Below are positions 28,068-39,800 of a stretch of DNA of 64,000 nucleotides, piece by piece. The DNA is taken from positions 224,001 to 288,000 of the forward strand of contig JAYFMW010000020.1 in the NCBI GenBank assembly GCA_042408215.1, written 5' to 3'. Each line of letters opens with the position of its first letter. Positions within the stretch are counted from its first letter, which is position 1. Source of the DNA: Microcoleus sp. (GTDB taxonomy: Bacteria > Cyanobacteriota > Cyanobacteriia > Cyanobacteriales > Microcoleaceae). Made by a program: the position numbers and the translations under genes. The notes below the pieces were generated by a model. The model was not told where the DNA came from. It was given only the letters and a program-made list of their open reading frames with translations, and did not search any database.

Positions 28068-28712
28068 TTATCCTGAAAACTTACTAGAGCATAACATTGA
28101 TTTCCAAAGGTATGGCAACCGGCCAGCAAATCTAAACTCAATGTCGGTGTATCCTTCATGTGTTAATAATTTCGTCAGTGTCTCTAATGAAAAAAATTTG
28201 ATGTGACCGTTATCCCAAAGCACGGTAAAATGTTTGTCCATTTTTCCACTAATAGCCAAGGCAAGATTTTTTAAATAGCCGTGATACGGGGTGGAAATAA
28301 TTAGCCTACCTCCGGGCTTGAGACATTTTTTGGCAGTTTTTGCTAGTTCTTTGGGATAAAGTAAGTGTTCGATTACTTCAATTGCTAGGACAACATCGAA
28401 TGAATGCAGCATCTCAGTGTCGGGTAGTTCGTAAATATTGGCTTCGATAAATTGACACTCTGGGAAACTTTGACGGGAGATGGCAATTCCGGGTGCAGAA
28501 GTGTCCACGCCGACAACTTCACAGCCGTGCTCTGCGATGACGTGACTGAGGCTGCCATTGCCGCAGCCTAGATCTAAAACTCGGAGTTTTCTCTGGCTGG
28601 TGGCTTCCAGTTTGACCAGCATTTCCAACAGGGGGGATAGCAAATAAGCGTGATGATATCTGGGACGGTTATTTGTGTAATAGTAAGTATAGTCGCTAGA
28701 GTTTTTTTTCAT
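28068..28712 (-). CDS. class I SAM-dependent methyltransferase
   Basis: VLDLGCGNG, FDVVLAIEVIEHL, LKPGGRLIISTP. Confidence 0.9.
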   Translation of the reverse strand: MKKNSSDYTYYYTNNRPRYHHAYLLSPLLEMLVKLEATSQRKLRVLDLGCGNGSLSHVIAEHGCEVVGVDTSAPGIAISRQSFPECQFIEANIYELPDTEMLHSFDVVLAIEVIEHLLYPKELAKTAKKCLKPGGRLIISTPYHGYLKNLALAISGKMDKHFTVLWDNGHIKFFSLETLTKLLTHEGYTDIEFRFAGRLPYLWKSMLCSSKFSG

Positions 28713-29138
28713 TGATTGAGGTAGAGAGACTATTGCCGATCGCGTAAATTCACGGAGAGTGGGTGTGCGGGTGAGGTTCAAGGTTCACCGCAGTAGGTTT
28801 GTCAGAGTCGAGTGGCGACTCAGCAGTCTCCTGGTTTAACTGGTGAATGGTTGTCACCGAATCAGTCGGATGTGGACAGAAATTTTTCACAGGGTGCAGA
28901 ATATAGAATCTGATGTCTCAAACCGGCTTCTCTCCAAGGTATTGGGCAAGAAAATGCCGATCGGGCAAAAATGATCTCCCTTCACTAGCCTCCCAAAGAA
29001 CATTCAGGCTGTTAAGCGGAGCTCCTAGTGTAATTACCAGGAAAACTATTTTCCCGATCATCCCCGACAATCCCGGATAATTGACATGGGTCACGTCAAA
29101 GTGTGACAATAGTCCATAACCAGAGCGAATTTACACCG

Positions 29139-30689
29139 ATGACTACTCTGACATACTGCAAAGCACTTCCGACACCAATATATGAGTTAAACCCACTGGG
29201 CCAAACTCAGCTAGAAATGTTTTTGAGTGCTTATACCCCAATTTTCCACAATGCAGTATGTGAAACGGTGAACTTTATCCTCTCAGGTGTTGACTTTAAC
29301 CAATCTCAATGGCGAACCCATTTACAAGACAATTACGGGATTAGTGCTCGACACGCCCTGGGTGTTATCTCAGCCGCCAAGGGTGCTGTTGGTAGTGCAA
29401 AAGAATGTCGGATTTTACATATCAAAACCTTAGAAGGTCAAGCCAAATCCTGTGCAGCTTGGTTGAAGAAGGCAGAAAGGAAACTGAAGAATGCTCGGAA
29501 ATTTTACGCCGCCCCCAATTGGCGCGAGCGTAAAAAAGGGTGTGTTTTTCCCTTATCCTGCTCTCTCAAATCTCGCCAAACCTCTTGGCAGAATTTACGG
29601 TTTCAAATCCATCACAAAAAGCGTAAATTACACAGATATCAGGAACAAATATCGGCTTTAAGATTGGCTCCTATTAGGGTATCAGTCCCCCGACTTGTAG
29701 GGACACGGCACGCCGTGTCCCTAGGAAAAGGCAGTGCCGTGTCCCTAGGAAACGGCAGTGCCGTGTCCCTACTGGGTTGTAAAAATGAGTCATTTGGCAA
29801 TCAGGTATGTCAATGGGATGGTCATAATTTAAAATTGAGAGTCCCCGCCTGTTTAGAATCAAAATTTGGTAAGTATGTCGAGTCGAAAATTGGTGATTTT
29901 CCTCGCAACATTAACCGATTACCTGCTAATTGTGCTAAAACTTGGCACTTCTATTACAAATCGGGTAAGTGGTGTGCGGCTGTGAGTTTTACCCCATCAG
30001 AAGTTAAGCGAGTATCGAGTTCTGTAGATTATGGATGTATCGGTATTGATCTGAATCCGGGGTCCATTGGTTGGGCTTATATCGACAAGGAAGGGAATTT
30101 AAAAGCTCATAATCAAATACCATTACAAACGGGACTCCCGAAGGGTCAACAACAGGCTCAAATTGTTAAAGCTTGTCGGGAATTGGCGAAACTAGCCAGC
30201 CATTATCAATGTCCCATTGTGGGTGAAAAATTAGACTTTTGTGCTAAGAAAGAACAACTAAGAGAACGGGGTAGAAAGTATGCTCGAAGCCTTTCTCATT
30301 GGGTTTATTCTCGGTTTTTCAAGTTGTTAAACTCTATTCTTTCTAATCTGGGGATAGAATTGATCGCAGTAAATCCGGCTTATTCGAGTATCATTGGCTT
30401 GGTTAAATACCTGAAAATGTATGGTTTAGCTAGTGATGAATCAGCGGGTTTAGTGATGGCTCGTCGAGGGATGAGGCTATCAGAAAAGATCCCAGGCTCC
30501 TTAACCGCCGCCTTTGAGGTGAACTCAACTAAGCAGGTTTGGAGCCTGTGGAATCAACTTAATAAAAAAATCAAGTGTTCTGGTATGGTAACAACTAGAC
30601 ATTGTTACTTTGCTATCTCTAACTGGGATTTCCTGGCCAACCCCTTGGACTCGCCCGCTCGCGTAGTCGAAGGGAAGCGTAAGCACTAG
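29139..30689 (+). CDS. tnpB: large TnpB-related protein lacking the zinc finger, with an in-frame palindrome insertion
   Basis: RuvC-I IGIDLNP, RuvC-II IVGEKLDF, VNPAYSSIIG, AGLVMARRG; no transposase nearby; element ends not resolved. Confidence 0.8.
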   Translation: MTTLTYCKALPTPIYELNPLGQTQLEMFLSAYTPIFHNAVCETVNFILSGVDFNQSQWRTHLQDNYGISARHALGVISAAKGAVGSAKECRILHIKTLEGQAKSCAAWLKKAERKLKNARKFYAAPNWRERKKGCVFPLSCSLKSRQTSWQNLRFQIHHKKRKLHRYQEQISALRLAPIRVSVPRLVGTRHAVSLGKGSAVSLGNGSAVSLLGCKNESFGNQVCQWDGHNLKLRVPACLESKFGKYVESKIGDFPRNINRLPANCAKTWHFYYKSGKWCAAVSFTPSEVKRVSSSVDYGCIGIDLNPGSIGWAYIDKEGNLKAHNQIPLQTGLPKGQQQAQIVKACRELAKLASHYQCPIVGEKLDFCAKKEQLRERGRKYARSLSHWVYSRFFKLLNSILSNLGIELIAVNPAYSSIIGLVKYLKMYGLASDESAGLVMARRGMRLSEKIPGSLTAAFEVNSTKQVWSLWNQLNKKIKCSGMVTTRHCYFAISNWDFLANPLDSPARVVEGKRKH

Positions 30690-30924
30690 GAAAGAATGCT
30701 TAAGAAACTTAAACAGCCTAGTTTGTCCGGCTTTTTCGGGATTTTTTGAAGCTGAAGATACTGAGCATCGAGAAGGAGGACAGTGGCTTCTATAATTGTG
30801 TTTAACTGTTGTTCAGCAACTGTCTTGTCCGGTCAGAAAAGTACCCTCAACAGATGCGCTAGTCGGTCTGGTTTGTTTCACTATGGTCGCTGTTGGGTCC
30901 TACACCTTAATTTAGATATGTCCT

Positions 30925-33000
30925 ATGGTTAAGTTAGGTCAATCCTCCTTTCGCCGTATTTTACTGTCGCGGATTTTGTTGCTCAGCGTACCTGTTCTAC
31001 TGGTGGGGGAGTATGTTACCTATCGCAAGGCACGCTCCATGCTTCTGGAAACTGCTCGTCAAAACTTGACAGAAAGTGCCGTCAGAAAAGCAGAAACTAT
31101 TGAACAGTGGGCGAAATCGCTGAAGTCGAATCTGATCGGCGCTTCAGAAAACTCGCTCTTACAGTCTGTAGAGCCGAAGGATTATCAAAAGTTGATCTCG
31201 CAGCTAGGGCAGCGGTTGCCGGCGCAGGTTGATTGCTTGCAATTGACGAATTTGCAGACAAATCAAGTGATAGCCAGCACTTGTGGCCCTCAACAGATTC
31301 ACTCGCAGTCGCCACCTGCTAATTTTTGGCCGCAGCAACAGCAGCAGGCGCTACTGGACGACAAGAGCGTTTACATCAGTCTGTCGTGGCCAAATATGCA
31401 GCAGGGGAAACTAAACGACAAGAATCCCGTTTCCCCAGCAGCGAAGTTTTCAGATGGGAGTAAAAAGGGCCAAGAGGGCAAGGAAAGCCCGGTTAGTTTG
31501 GTGTTGAGCGCTCCTGTTTACATTCGTCAAGGCAATGGTCGGCAATTGACTTATGCTTTGAGTTTGCAGTCGGCACTGCCGGTGCAAACCAGTGCTCCGA
31601 AGGGGTCTCTGGCTGGCTATACGGTGGCGATCGACCAAGATGGAACGATTTTGGCACACCCGAATATTGACCGCGTGGGCCGCAATATCGACCAGGAGGC
31701 GGATGCCGATCGCTTGAAGAGTATCGTCAAAAGGGCGATCGCCGGAGGACAGGCGGCTTTTCTGCACCTGTTTTCTTTTGAAAGAAATGGTGTGGAGTTG
31801 CTCGCTGGGTACGCCGCTATCCCCAGTCCTTTAACTCAAAAAGAGAACAGCAAGTGGATTATTTTAGCTGTCTCTCGTTTGGATTATGCTCTGTCAGGTC
31901 TCGAAGAAATTCAGCAGGTTTTATTTAATCTGATTGTGGGTTTGGTTGCTGCTAGTATCATCGCGACTTTATATTTGTCTCGCGATTTAGCCCGTCCTTT
32001 AGAAAAGCTGAGAGACTACGCACTGAAAGTCGATACAGAAGCGCCACAGGGATTGCCACAAAATTTGCAAATTAAGGAATTCAATCAATTAGCAGAGGCC
32101 CTAAATAGCATGGTGCTGCGGCTCAGTTCGTGGGCTGGAGAATTGGAGGTGGCAACGAAGGAAGCCCAAGTTGCTAATCAGTTAAAAAATGAGTTTTTGC
32201 GGAATATTTCTCACGAGTTGAGAACTCCGCTGAATGGCATGATTAGTTTTCTGCAATTGGTGCGGGACGGCTACTGCGATGACCGAGATGAGGAGATGGA
32301 CTTTTTGCAACAGGCCCACGACTCGGCAATGCTATTGCTCAATATCATTAATGATATTTTGGATATTGCTAAAATTGAATCAGGCTCGTTCTCAGTAATT
32401 TCGGAAGTAATTGATCTGACCGAGGTGCTTGAGGAAGCGGTTGATTTGCAGGCCGTTCCGATCAAGGAAAAAGGTTTGAATTTGAGTTGGCCAGCCGCTC
32501 GCGATCCAATTACTGTTTATGCAGACCCGGAGAAGCTCAAGCAGGTGTTTTTGAATGTGTTGAGCAATGCGGTTAAGTTTACGGAGTCCGGCAGCATTAG
32601 TATATCTATGAATCTTGAATCTAGGAAAATCAAAAGTCCTGATGTTGTCAACGGGAATGTACCAGAAAGTACGACAAGCCGCTTCGGTGAAAGCGAATGG
32701 GTGGTGGTGACTGTTAAAGATACTGGAATTGGTATCGATCCTGAGCAACAGCAGAAATTGTTTCAACCTTTTGTGATGGCTGACGGCTCTACGACTCGCA
32801 AATTTGGCGGCAACGGCTTGGGCTTGGCTATCTCTCGGAAGATCATGGAATCTATGAAAGGGAGCATTACGCTGCACAGTACGGGTATCAATCAAGGTGC
32901 TACTGTGGTAATTTCTTTGCCTGTTACTCAGCAGTCGAATTCTTCTGTCGATCGCCAGGATTTGCTAATGGAAAATGCCCTGTTGAAAAGTTATGAGTGA
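30925..33000 (+). CDS. membrane sensor histidine kinase (Cache-like/HAMP/HisKA/HATPase)
   Basis: Two TMs, ISHELRTPL, NAVKFT, DTGIGI, GGNGLGLAI. Confidence 0.93.
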   Translation: MVKLGQSSFRRILLSRILLLSVPVLLVGEYVTYRKARSMLLETARQNLTESAVRKAETIEQWAKSLKSNLIGASENSLLQSVEPKDYQKLISQLGQRLPAQVDCLQLTNLQTNQVIASTCGPQQIHSQSPPANFWPQQQQQALLDDKSVYISLSWPNMQQGKLNDKNPVSPAAKFSDGSKKGQEGKESPVSLVLSAPVYIRQGNGRQLTYALSLQSALPVQTSAPKGSLAGYTVAIDQDGTILAHPNIDRVGRNIDQEADADRLKSIVKRAIAGGQAAFLHLFSFERNGVELLAGYAAIPSPLTQKENSKWIILAVSRLDYALSGLEEIQQVLFNLIVGLVAASIIATLYLSRDLARPLEKLRDYALKVDTEAPQGLPQNLQIKEFNQLAEALNSMVLRLSSWAGELEVATKEAQVANQLKNEFLRNISHELRTPLNGMISFLQLVRDGYCDDRDEEMDFLQQAHDSAMLLLNIINDILDIAKIESGSFSVISEVIDLTEVLEEAVDLQAVPIKEKGLNLSWPAARDPITVYADPEKLKQVFLNVLSNAVKFTESGSISISMNLESRKIKSPDVVNGNVPESTTSRFGESEWVVVTVKDTGIGIDPEQQQKLFQPFVMADGSTTRKFGGNGLGLAISRKIMESMKGSITLHSTGINQGATVVISLPVTQQSNSSVDRQDLLMENALLKSYE

Positions 33001-33008
33001 TCGGTGAA

Positions 33009-34097
33009 TTAGGGGCCAATTGTTAAGGGTTGTCCACCGAGTTGGAGGGATTTGCTCAAAGCGCTGAGAATACGGATTAATTGGACGGAGGCCGAGCCGG
33101 AAGAGGTCGGGCAGCGGGTATTTGTTTGGACGCAGTTGAGGAAGCGATCGCACACTTGACGCAGCGGTTCTACTGGTTCTAAACTCAATACTTCGCGACT
33201 TTTGATTAGAGTTTGCTGGGAAGTTTGAGAAGGGATAAAACTGTTTTCGTCGCCCCCGCCATCTGAATTGCCTCGCTGTAAAATTAGGGGCGCTTCTGGC
33301 GACATTTCATCAAAAATCAAGGTTCCCAAACTGCCAATAACTGTTAAGCGTCGCTGTTTGTCGGGATTGAGCCAGCACAGGTGAATAAATGCTTGAAATC
33401 CGTCGGGATAGGTGAGTGTTACCCAAACCAAATCTGCTAGTCCTTCTAAAGGATTCACAGTTAAAAATGAAGGGTAAAATTGATTTTGTATTCCTTCTGA
33501 CTTCTCAAATACAGTGCCGATCGCACTTACTAGAATAGGTGTTTGTTGCAGCCAAGTATTGAAAATGGCGATGTCGTGGATAGCTAAGTCCCACAGGGCA
33601 TCAACATCGTGCCGCACGGGTTCGAGATGGGTGCGCTGGGCGTAACCGTAGCGCAATTTTCCGAGTTTATGTTGTTGAATAATTGTTTGGCCTCGATGGA
33701 CTGCTGGATGGAATAAATAAGTGTGATCGACGAACAGTTGTCGCTGCTGTTTTTCGGCTAACTGACAAAGTTCTATTGCTTCAGACAAGTTGAGGGCGAG
33801 AGGTTTTTCTACTAAGACATGGTAGCCACCTTTGAGGGTGGCTCGTGCGAGAGTGTAGTGAGTGGAGGCTGGGGTGGCGATCGCAACGGCTTCTAATCCT
33901 GGCAATTCTTGGACTTGCGACCAATCACCAGCTAAAATTACATTTTCATTGAGATTAAACTGTTTTTGCACAGAAACCAATGAATCTGGGTTCGGATCTA
34001 CGATCGCTAAAACTGCGCTGTGGGGATGTTCGAGAAAGTTGCGAATTAGGTTGACTCCCCAGCGGCCAGCACCCAATACAGCTATTCCGATTTTCAT
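33009..34097 (-). CDS. Gfo/Idh/MocA-family oxidoreductase
   Basis: LGAGRWG, IATPASTH, HVLVEKPLA, DLAIHD. Confidence 0.9.
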   Translation of the reverse strand: MKIGIAVLGAGRWGVNLIRNFLEHPHSAVLAIVDPNPDSLVSVQKQFNLNENVILAGDWSQVQELPGLEAVAIATPASTHYTLARATLKGGYHVLVEKPLALNLSEAIELCQLAEKQQRQLFVDHTYLFHPAVHRGQTIIQQHKLGKLRYGYAQRTHLEPVRHDVDALWDLAIHDIAIFNTWLQQTPILVSAIGTVFEKSEGIQNQFYPSFLTVNPLEGLADLVWVTLTYPDGFQAFIHLCWLNPDKQRRLTVIGSLGTLIFDEMSPEAPLILQRGNSDGGGDENSFIPSQTSQQTLIKSREVLSLEPVEPLRQVCDRFLNCVQTNTRCPTSSGSASVQLIRILSALSKSLQLGGQPLTIGP

Positions 34098-34219
34098 TTA
34101 TTATATTTAAAAATTGCAGAGTAATTATACTATGTAATGTTATTTATTATTGGTTATTAGCATCCGCAAACAAATAACTACTGACTAATGACTACTGACT
34201 ACTGACTGCTGACTGCTGA

Positions 34220-34933
34220 CTACTGACTACTAACTAATTTATTAAAAGCAGCCTGAGCGGCGGCTTGTTCGGCAGCTTTGATCGATCGGCCTTTTCCCCA
34301 TGCTAGCAACTCTTCCAGAAGTCTAACTTCTGCGGTAAAACGATCCTCACCGCCCTGGACTGTCCCGGTTTCTTTCACAGTATATTTTGGCAAAGTTTTG
34401 TATTTGCCTTGAGTCAATTCTTGGAGAGCAGCTTTGTAGTTTTGGCGGGCTGGATCGCTGCGAATTTCGGTAGCTAGCCGTTGAAAATGAGGGTCTAACC
34501 AAGGGCGAATTAATTCTAACGTATGGCTACTCAAATAAAGGGCCGCAAGTACGGCTTCCAAAGCATCAGCCAGTCGGCTTTCTGCCCCTGTTTTGTCGCT
34601 GGCGGCACTGCTGGAAACAATCAAATAGCGATCGAATCCGTAACTTTCAGCGATTTTGGCAAGAATGCGATCGCTCACCAGGATCGATCGAATAGCAGCA
34701 AATTCGCCTACAGGACAGTCGGGATAAATCTCGAACAACAATTCCGATGCAGTCAGCCGCACAACTGCATCGCCGACAAATTCTAGTTGCTCATAATTTG
34801 CTTTAGCTGAAGCACTCGAATGAGTCAAAGCTAAATCGAGCAGATGCCATTTAATCGCAGGATTTTCGGGCAGTCCTAATTTTTCAATTAGTTTTTTAAG
34901 TTCTTTTTGGCGGCCCGGATAAATAAGACTCAT
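34220..34933 (-). CDS. rnc: ribonuclease III
   Basis: ALTHSS, YEQLEFVGDAV, ADALEAVLAALY, dsRBD GKGRSIKAAEQAAA. Confidence 0.95.
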   Translation of the reverse strand: MSLIYPGRQKELKKLIEKLGLPENPAIKWHLLDLALTHSSASAKANYEQLEFVGDAVVRLTASELLFEIYPDCPVGEFAAIRSILVSDRILAKIAESYGFDRYLIVSSSAASDKTGAESRLADALEAVLAALYLSSHTLELIRPWLDPHFQRLATEIRSDPARQNYKAALQELTQGKYKTLPKYTVKETGTVQGGEDRFTAEVRLLEELLAWGKGRSIKAAEQAAAQAAFNKLVSSQ

Positions 34934-35068
34934 TTGTTATTTGTTATTTGTTATTTGTTATTTGTTATTTGTTACTTGTTATTTGTTATTTGCTCCTTCT
35001 TCCTGACATCCGTTAAATCCGTTACCTAATCCGTTGCCGAACTTCCTTCTGACTGGGATTTGGGAGGG

Positions 35069-35504
35069 GAAAAAGTAGGACATAAGCCGGGTTCTGTTCT
35101 CTCAACTGCAAGCAATTTTCGAGGGCAGTTATCTATCTGGGACGCCTGTTACCAGACGCCTCAAGCGGTACCAAAAAACGGAACCGGTAAAAGACCAACC
35201 GTAGTCCCTCCGACCTTGCTCCCAACCGGGGTTTACCTAGCCAGCACCTCTCGATGCTGCTGGTGCGCTCTTACCGCACCTTTGCACCCTTACCAAATTA
35301 GTTGTTGCTTTGCAGTCAAAAATCCTCAGTTACTTACTAATGACCAATGACTGCTGACTGATGACTAATTGGCGGTATCTTTCTGTGGCACTATCCTCAC
35401 GATCGCTCGCACTGGGCGTTACCCAGCAAGTTTGGTCTTTCGGGAGCCCGGACTTTCCTCAGACTAGCTTTCGCTAATCCGCAACCGCCTGCGCCTACTT
35501 TCTC
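35069..35504 (-). ncRNA. rnpB: RNase P RNA
   Basis: Minus strand contains GAGGAAAGTCCGGGCTCC, AGTGCCACAGAAA, GGTAAGGGTGCAAAGGTGCGGTAAGAGCGCACC, GGTAAACCCCGGTTGGGAGCAAG and AACAGAACCCGGCTTAT; directly upstream of rnc. Confidence 0.97.
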
Positions 35505-35531
35505 CCCAGATTTATTATACTCGATCGCTCG

Positions 35532-36713
35532 TTACTTTCCTCGGTCATCTTTAACAGGAGAAAAATTTTCAAACCAGCCGCGCCGCCAGAAGAAGTAAAT
35601 TAAACCCGAGGCGATCGTCACCATCAGCCCCCAACAAAGGGGATAACCAAAATACCAGTTCAGTTCTGGCATATTCAAGGGAGATTTCTCCGTATTGAAA
35701 TTCATGCCATACACTCCAGCCACAAAAGTTAGAGGAATAAAAATGGTAGAAATCACTGTCAGCAGTTTCATAATTTCATTCATTTTATTACCAACAGAAG
35801 ACAGGTAAACATCCATCAAACCCGAAGACAATTCTCGGTAAGTTTCCACCATATCCATCACCTGCACCGTGTGATCGTAACAGTCGCGCAGATAAATTCG
35901 CACCTCGGGACTGATCAAATCGCTGCTATCGCGAATTAAAATATTAATTGCATCCCGCTGCGGCCAAATTGCGCGGCGGAGAGTCAGCAATTCTCTGCGG
36001 ATTTTATAGATTTTTTCAAGAGTTTTGCGGGTGGGCCGCACCACCACTTCATCCTCCAGTTCTTCAATCCGCTCTCCGTAAAGTTCTAATACTGGAAAAA
36101 ATCCATCTATAATCGAATCTAACAGACTATAAGCCAGATAATCTGCTCCGTGTTTGCGGATAAGTCCTTGTCCTTTACGAATGCGATCGCGCACGGTTTC
36201 AAAGCAATCATAGTCCGGTTCTTCCTGAACACTTAACAGGTAATGTTTCCCCAAAATCAAACTCACTTGTTCTTTATGAAACTGATCTGAATTTGGCAGT
36301 AACATCACCATCCAAGCAATAATTAAAATGTGGTCTTCATAGTCTACAACCTTCGGTCGCTGGGGAACATTAACTACATCTTCTTGAGCCATCAGATGCA
36401 AATTAAAGACTTCACCCATTTGCCGCCAAGTTTCTTTATTTCCCAATCCCAACAAATCCACCCAAGAAACAGATTCTGTATCTAAATAGGCAGCAGCTTC
36501 TTGAGGATTTGCTAATTTTGAGCGAGTAGCTGTGGCCTCGCAATAGTCAATTAATACAATATCGGCCGGTGGTGCGTCGGGCTCTAAGTCTAGAGTTCCC
36601 GGCAGCGCCCCCGGATCGTCATAAAAATAATCAACGTAGGAATCATCATCATCATCATCATCTTTAATTGGTTTTGCAACAGCAATAGACCTATTTATGC
36701 CTTTGTATACCAT
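35532..36713 (-). CDS. corA: magnesium/cobalt transporter CorA
   Basis: QRPKVVDY, YLRDCYDH, MNEIMKLLT, AGVYGMNF (GMN), MPELNW. Confidence 0.95.
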   Translation of the reverse strand: MVYKGINRSIAVAKPIKDDDDDDDSYVDYFYDDPGALPGTLDLEPDAPPADIVLIDYCEATATRSKLANPQEAAAYLDTESVSWVDLLGLGNKETWRQMGEVFNLHLMAQEDVVNVPQRPKVVDYEDHILIIAWMVMLLPNSDQFHKEQVSLILGKHYLLSVQEEPDYDCFETVRDRIRKGQGLIRKHGADYLAYSLLDSIIDGFFPVLELYGERIEELEDEVVVRPTRKTLEKIYKIRRELLTLRRAIWPQRDAINILIRDSSDLISPEVRIYLRDCYDHTVQVMDMVETYRELSSGLMDVYLSSVGNKMNEIMKLLTVISTIFIPLTFVAGVYGMNFNTEKSPLNMPELNWYFGYPLCWGLMVTIASGLIYFFWRRGWFENFSPVKDDRGK

Positions 36714-36817
36714 GTTAATATTCCCTAGTTTTAGGATCTTTAATTAGATTATCATTTTTTCAGTAAAACAACCAATAACTAATGACTAATGACTACTGAC
36801 TAATGACTACTGACTAA

Positions 36818-39800
36818 TTACCTTTGGCGAATTGGAATTTCGATCGCAAATTTAGTTCCTCCTCCCGGTGCAGAAATGCAGCGCAGGGAGCCACAGTGTC
36901 TTTCTACCACAATCTGATAGCTAATCGACAGTCCCAAACCAGTACCTTTTCCTACAGGTTTAGTAGTAAAAAAGGGATCAAATATCCGAGATTTAACAGA
37001 TTCTGCCATTCCTGGGCCATTATCTGAAATTGCGATCGCAATCCGATTATTTTCCAAAACCTCCGTCTGAATCCGAATCGAAGGTGAGGCGTTGCAACTT
37101 ACAGGTAAACCCGGAAAATCTTGCCGTTCGGTTTCCGAATCACCCGCCAATTCCCCCTTCCTATTTCTGACATCTACCAAAGCATCAATAGCATTATTTA
37201 AAATATTCATAAATACTTGATTTAACTGTCCGACATAGCACTGTACTGGTGGTAGTTTGCCATATTCTTTAACTATTTCAATATTGCGAATTCTGCCATT
37301 TTCTTTGAGTCTGTGTTGCAAAATTAACAGAGCACTATCAATTCCTTCATGAATATCAACACGCTTGATATCCGATTCTTCTAGACGAGAAAAGTTACGC
37401 AAAGACAAAACAATGTGGTGGATGCGATCGGCTCCTGTTTGAATTGAGTTGAGTAGGTGCGGGAAATCCTGTTGGATAAATTCTATTTCTATTTCCTCAG
37501 CTAACTCTGCAATCGCAGCAACAGGTTCGGGGTAATGTTCTTCGTACAAACTGCACAATTGTAGCAAGTTTCTGGCGTAATCCCTAGCGTAAATGATATT
37601 CCCGTAAATAAAACTTACAGGATTATTAATTTCGTGAGCAATTCCCGCGACTAGCTGTCCCAAACTAGACATTTTTTCCGCTTGAATTAGTTGAGCTTGA
37701 GTTGTTCCTAATTGTTTCAATGTTTGTTCTAACTGGCGATTTTTATCTTTTAATTGAGATTCGGCTTGTTTCCGCAGAGTTATGTTGCGAGCTAGAATAA
37801 TAATTTGATCGGAATTAAAAGGCAACAGTCTGGCTTCATAAGTTTTTTCTACTTCCGACATGGAAAGCGAATATTCTATGTCCCTCGAATTTCTGTGTTC
37901 GGAAATTTCCAAGATTGCTTGAGCAAATTGGCTGGCGACATTTTGGGGCAATATGTCTGTCATTCGTTGGCCCATAAAATGTTCGGTAGGTAGGTATAAA
38001 TCCGAGGAACTTCCTGACAAATAATCCAAGATTATACCGTCAGAATCTAGTCGGAAATACAAATCGGGCAAAGCGCGAAAAACAGCTTCTAACTCTGAAG
38101 TTTTTTGGCGCAATGCTTCTTGGGCGTAGTAGCGATCGCTAATATCAAAAATCACCCCATCCAAACAGTAAACGCTCCCATCTTCAGCGAATACAGGAGA
38201 ACCTTTATCCCACACCCATTTAATTGTTCCGTCTGCTGCCAGCAAGCGATATTCCAAGCTATAGCACTGTTTATTTTCTATTTCTTTCCGAATTGTTTCT
38301 TCTACTTTTGCCAAATCTTCCGAGTAAATAACGCTGGCAAAAGTCCGCCCTCCCCTGTCGGGAGGCGAGAGAAAATCAGCAGCAGGATAGCCCGCTAGCA
38401 AGTAAACAGCATCGCTAATAAAAGTTGTCGAAAAATCGCAGCGCCAGCGATAAACTACTCCCGGAATATTAGCTACTAAAGAGCGAAATCTTGCTTCACT
38501 TCTACGCAAAGCTTCTTGAGCTTGATGGCGTTCAGTAATATCGTGAGCGAAAGCCAGCACTGCGAATACATTGCCTTCAGCGTCACGCAGAGGGACTTTT
38601 TGGGTATCAAAAATATGTACTGAACCATCAGCAAATGTTGCTGGATCGCAGGGATTGTGGATTATTTCGCCAGCCATTACAGCCGAGTCGTCTGTGCGGA
38701 AGCCTCGGATATTTTCTGCGGGATTGCCAAATACTAATTCTTCGGCAAATCCTAATTCAAGGTCGTTTTTTCCAATGGTTTCTTCTAGGGTTTTGCCAAT
38801 AGCTTCAGCGAAACTCTTGTTTGCCAAAATGTAGCGAAAATTTTGATCTTTGGCAAAAATCCAATCACTGCTTTTGTCAATGACAGTCCGCAGCAATTGT
38901 TCGGAACGTTCGGTTTGTTCCAAAGCTGCCTTGAGTTCTAATTCCAGGCATTTGCGATCGGTAATATTTTCAAAAGCAACGCCGACGCAGTTGTTGGGTA
39001 ATGGGAAAGCTTTCATAGAAAAAGCACGAGTTATTCGCTCGCATTCATCGCAGTCAATATCTTCAAGTTCTACGGCTTTCTGACCACGAATTACCGATGC
39101 AAATACTTGGGGAATATTTTTAGACCGCGAATTTGGAAAAATCTCGTCGATTGTCATTCCCAAAACATCGGCCATTTCTAATCCGGTAAACTTGGTAGCC
39201 GCGGGATTGGAAGCGATCGCCCTTAAGCTGCTGTCGTCGTTTATATTTTCTAAATGGTAGACGTACAAACCTATTTGCATATTTTCGACAATTTGGTCGT
39301 AGAGACGCACGCTTTCGTCTACCTGGCGGCGTTCGGTGATATCTTCAGTAATACCTAAAACGTATTGGGGATTGCCTTGAGCGTCGAGAATTGGCACTTT
39401 GCGGGTATGCAGTATTCTCAAACCTTTGTGGCGAGTTTGGATCGGTTCTTCGGCTATGTCTTTAACGATCGAGTTGCTGTCATAACCTGTTAATATTTCT
39501 CTGTCTTGTGCAGTGAAAACATCAGCTTGTTCTTTGGGATAAATGTCATAGTCATTTTTGCCGATCGCCTCTTGGCTAGTCACACCTGCGATCGCCTCTC
39601 CCGCTTTATTCCACAACACAAATTTTAGGGAGGAAGCATCTTTAGCAAAAACTCCCACCGGCAGATTTTCTACAACCGAATTGAGGAACCCTTTAGCTGC
39701 TTTCAAATCGGCTTCTGCACGCTTGCGCTGGATGCCTAAAGCAATGACATCAGCAACCGATGCCAGAGTGTCCAGAAAAGCTTGTGTCAGCGGCTGGTGG

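Noticed and set aside
35060..35350. 96-aa ORF
   Set aside because: Antisense to rnpB.
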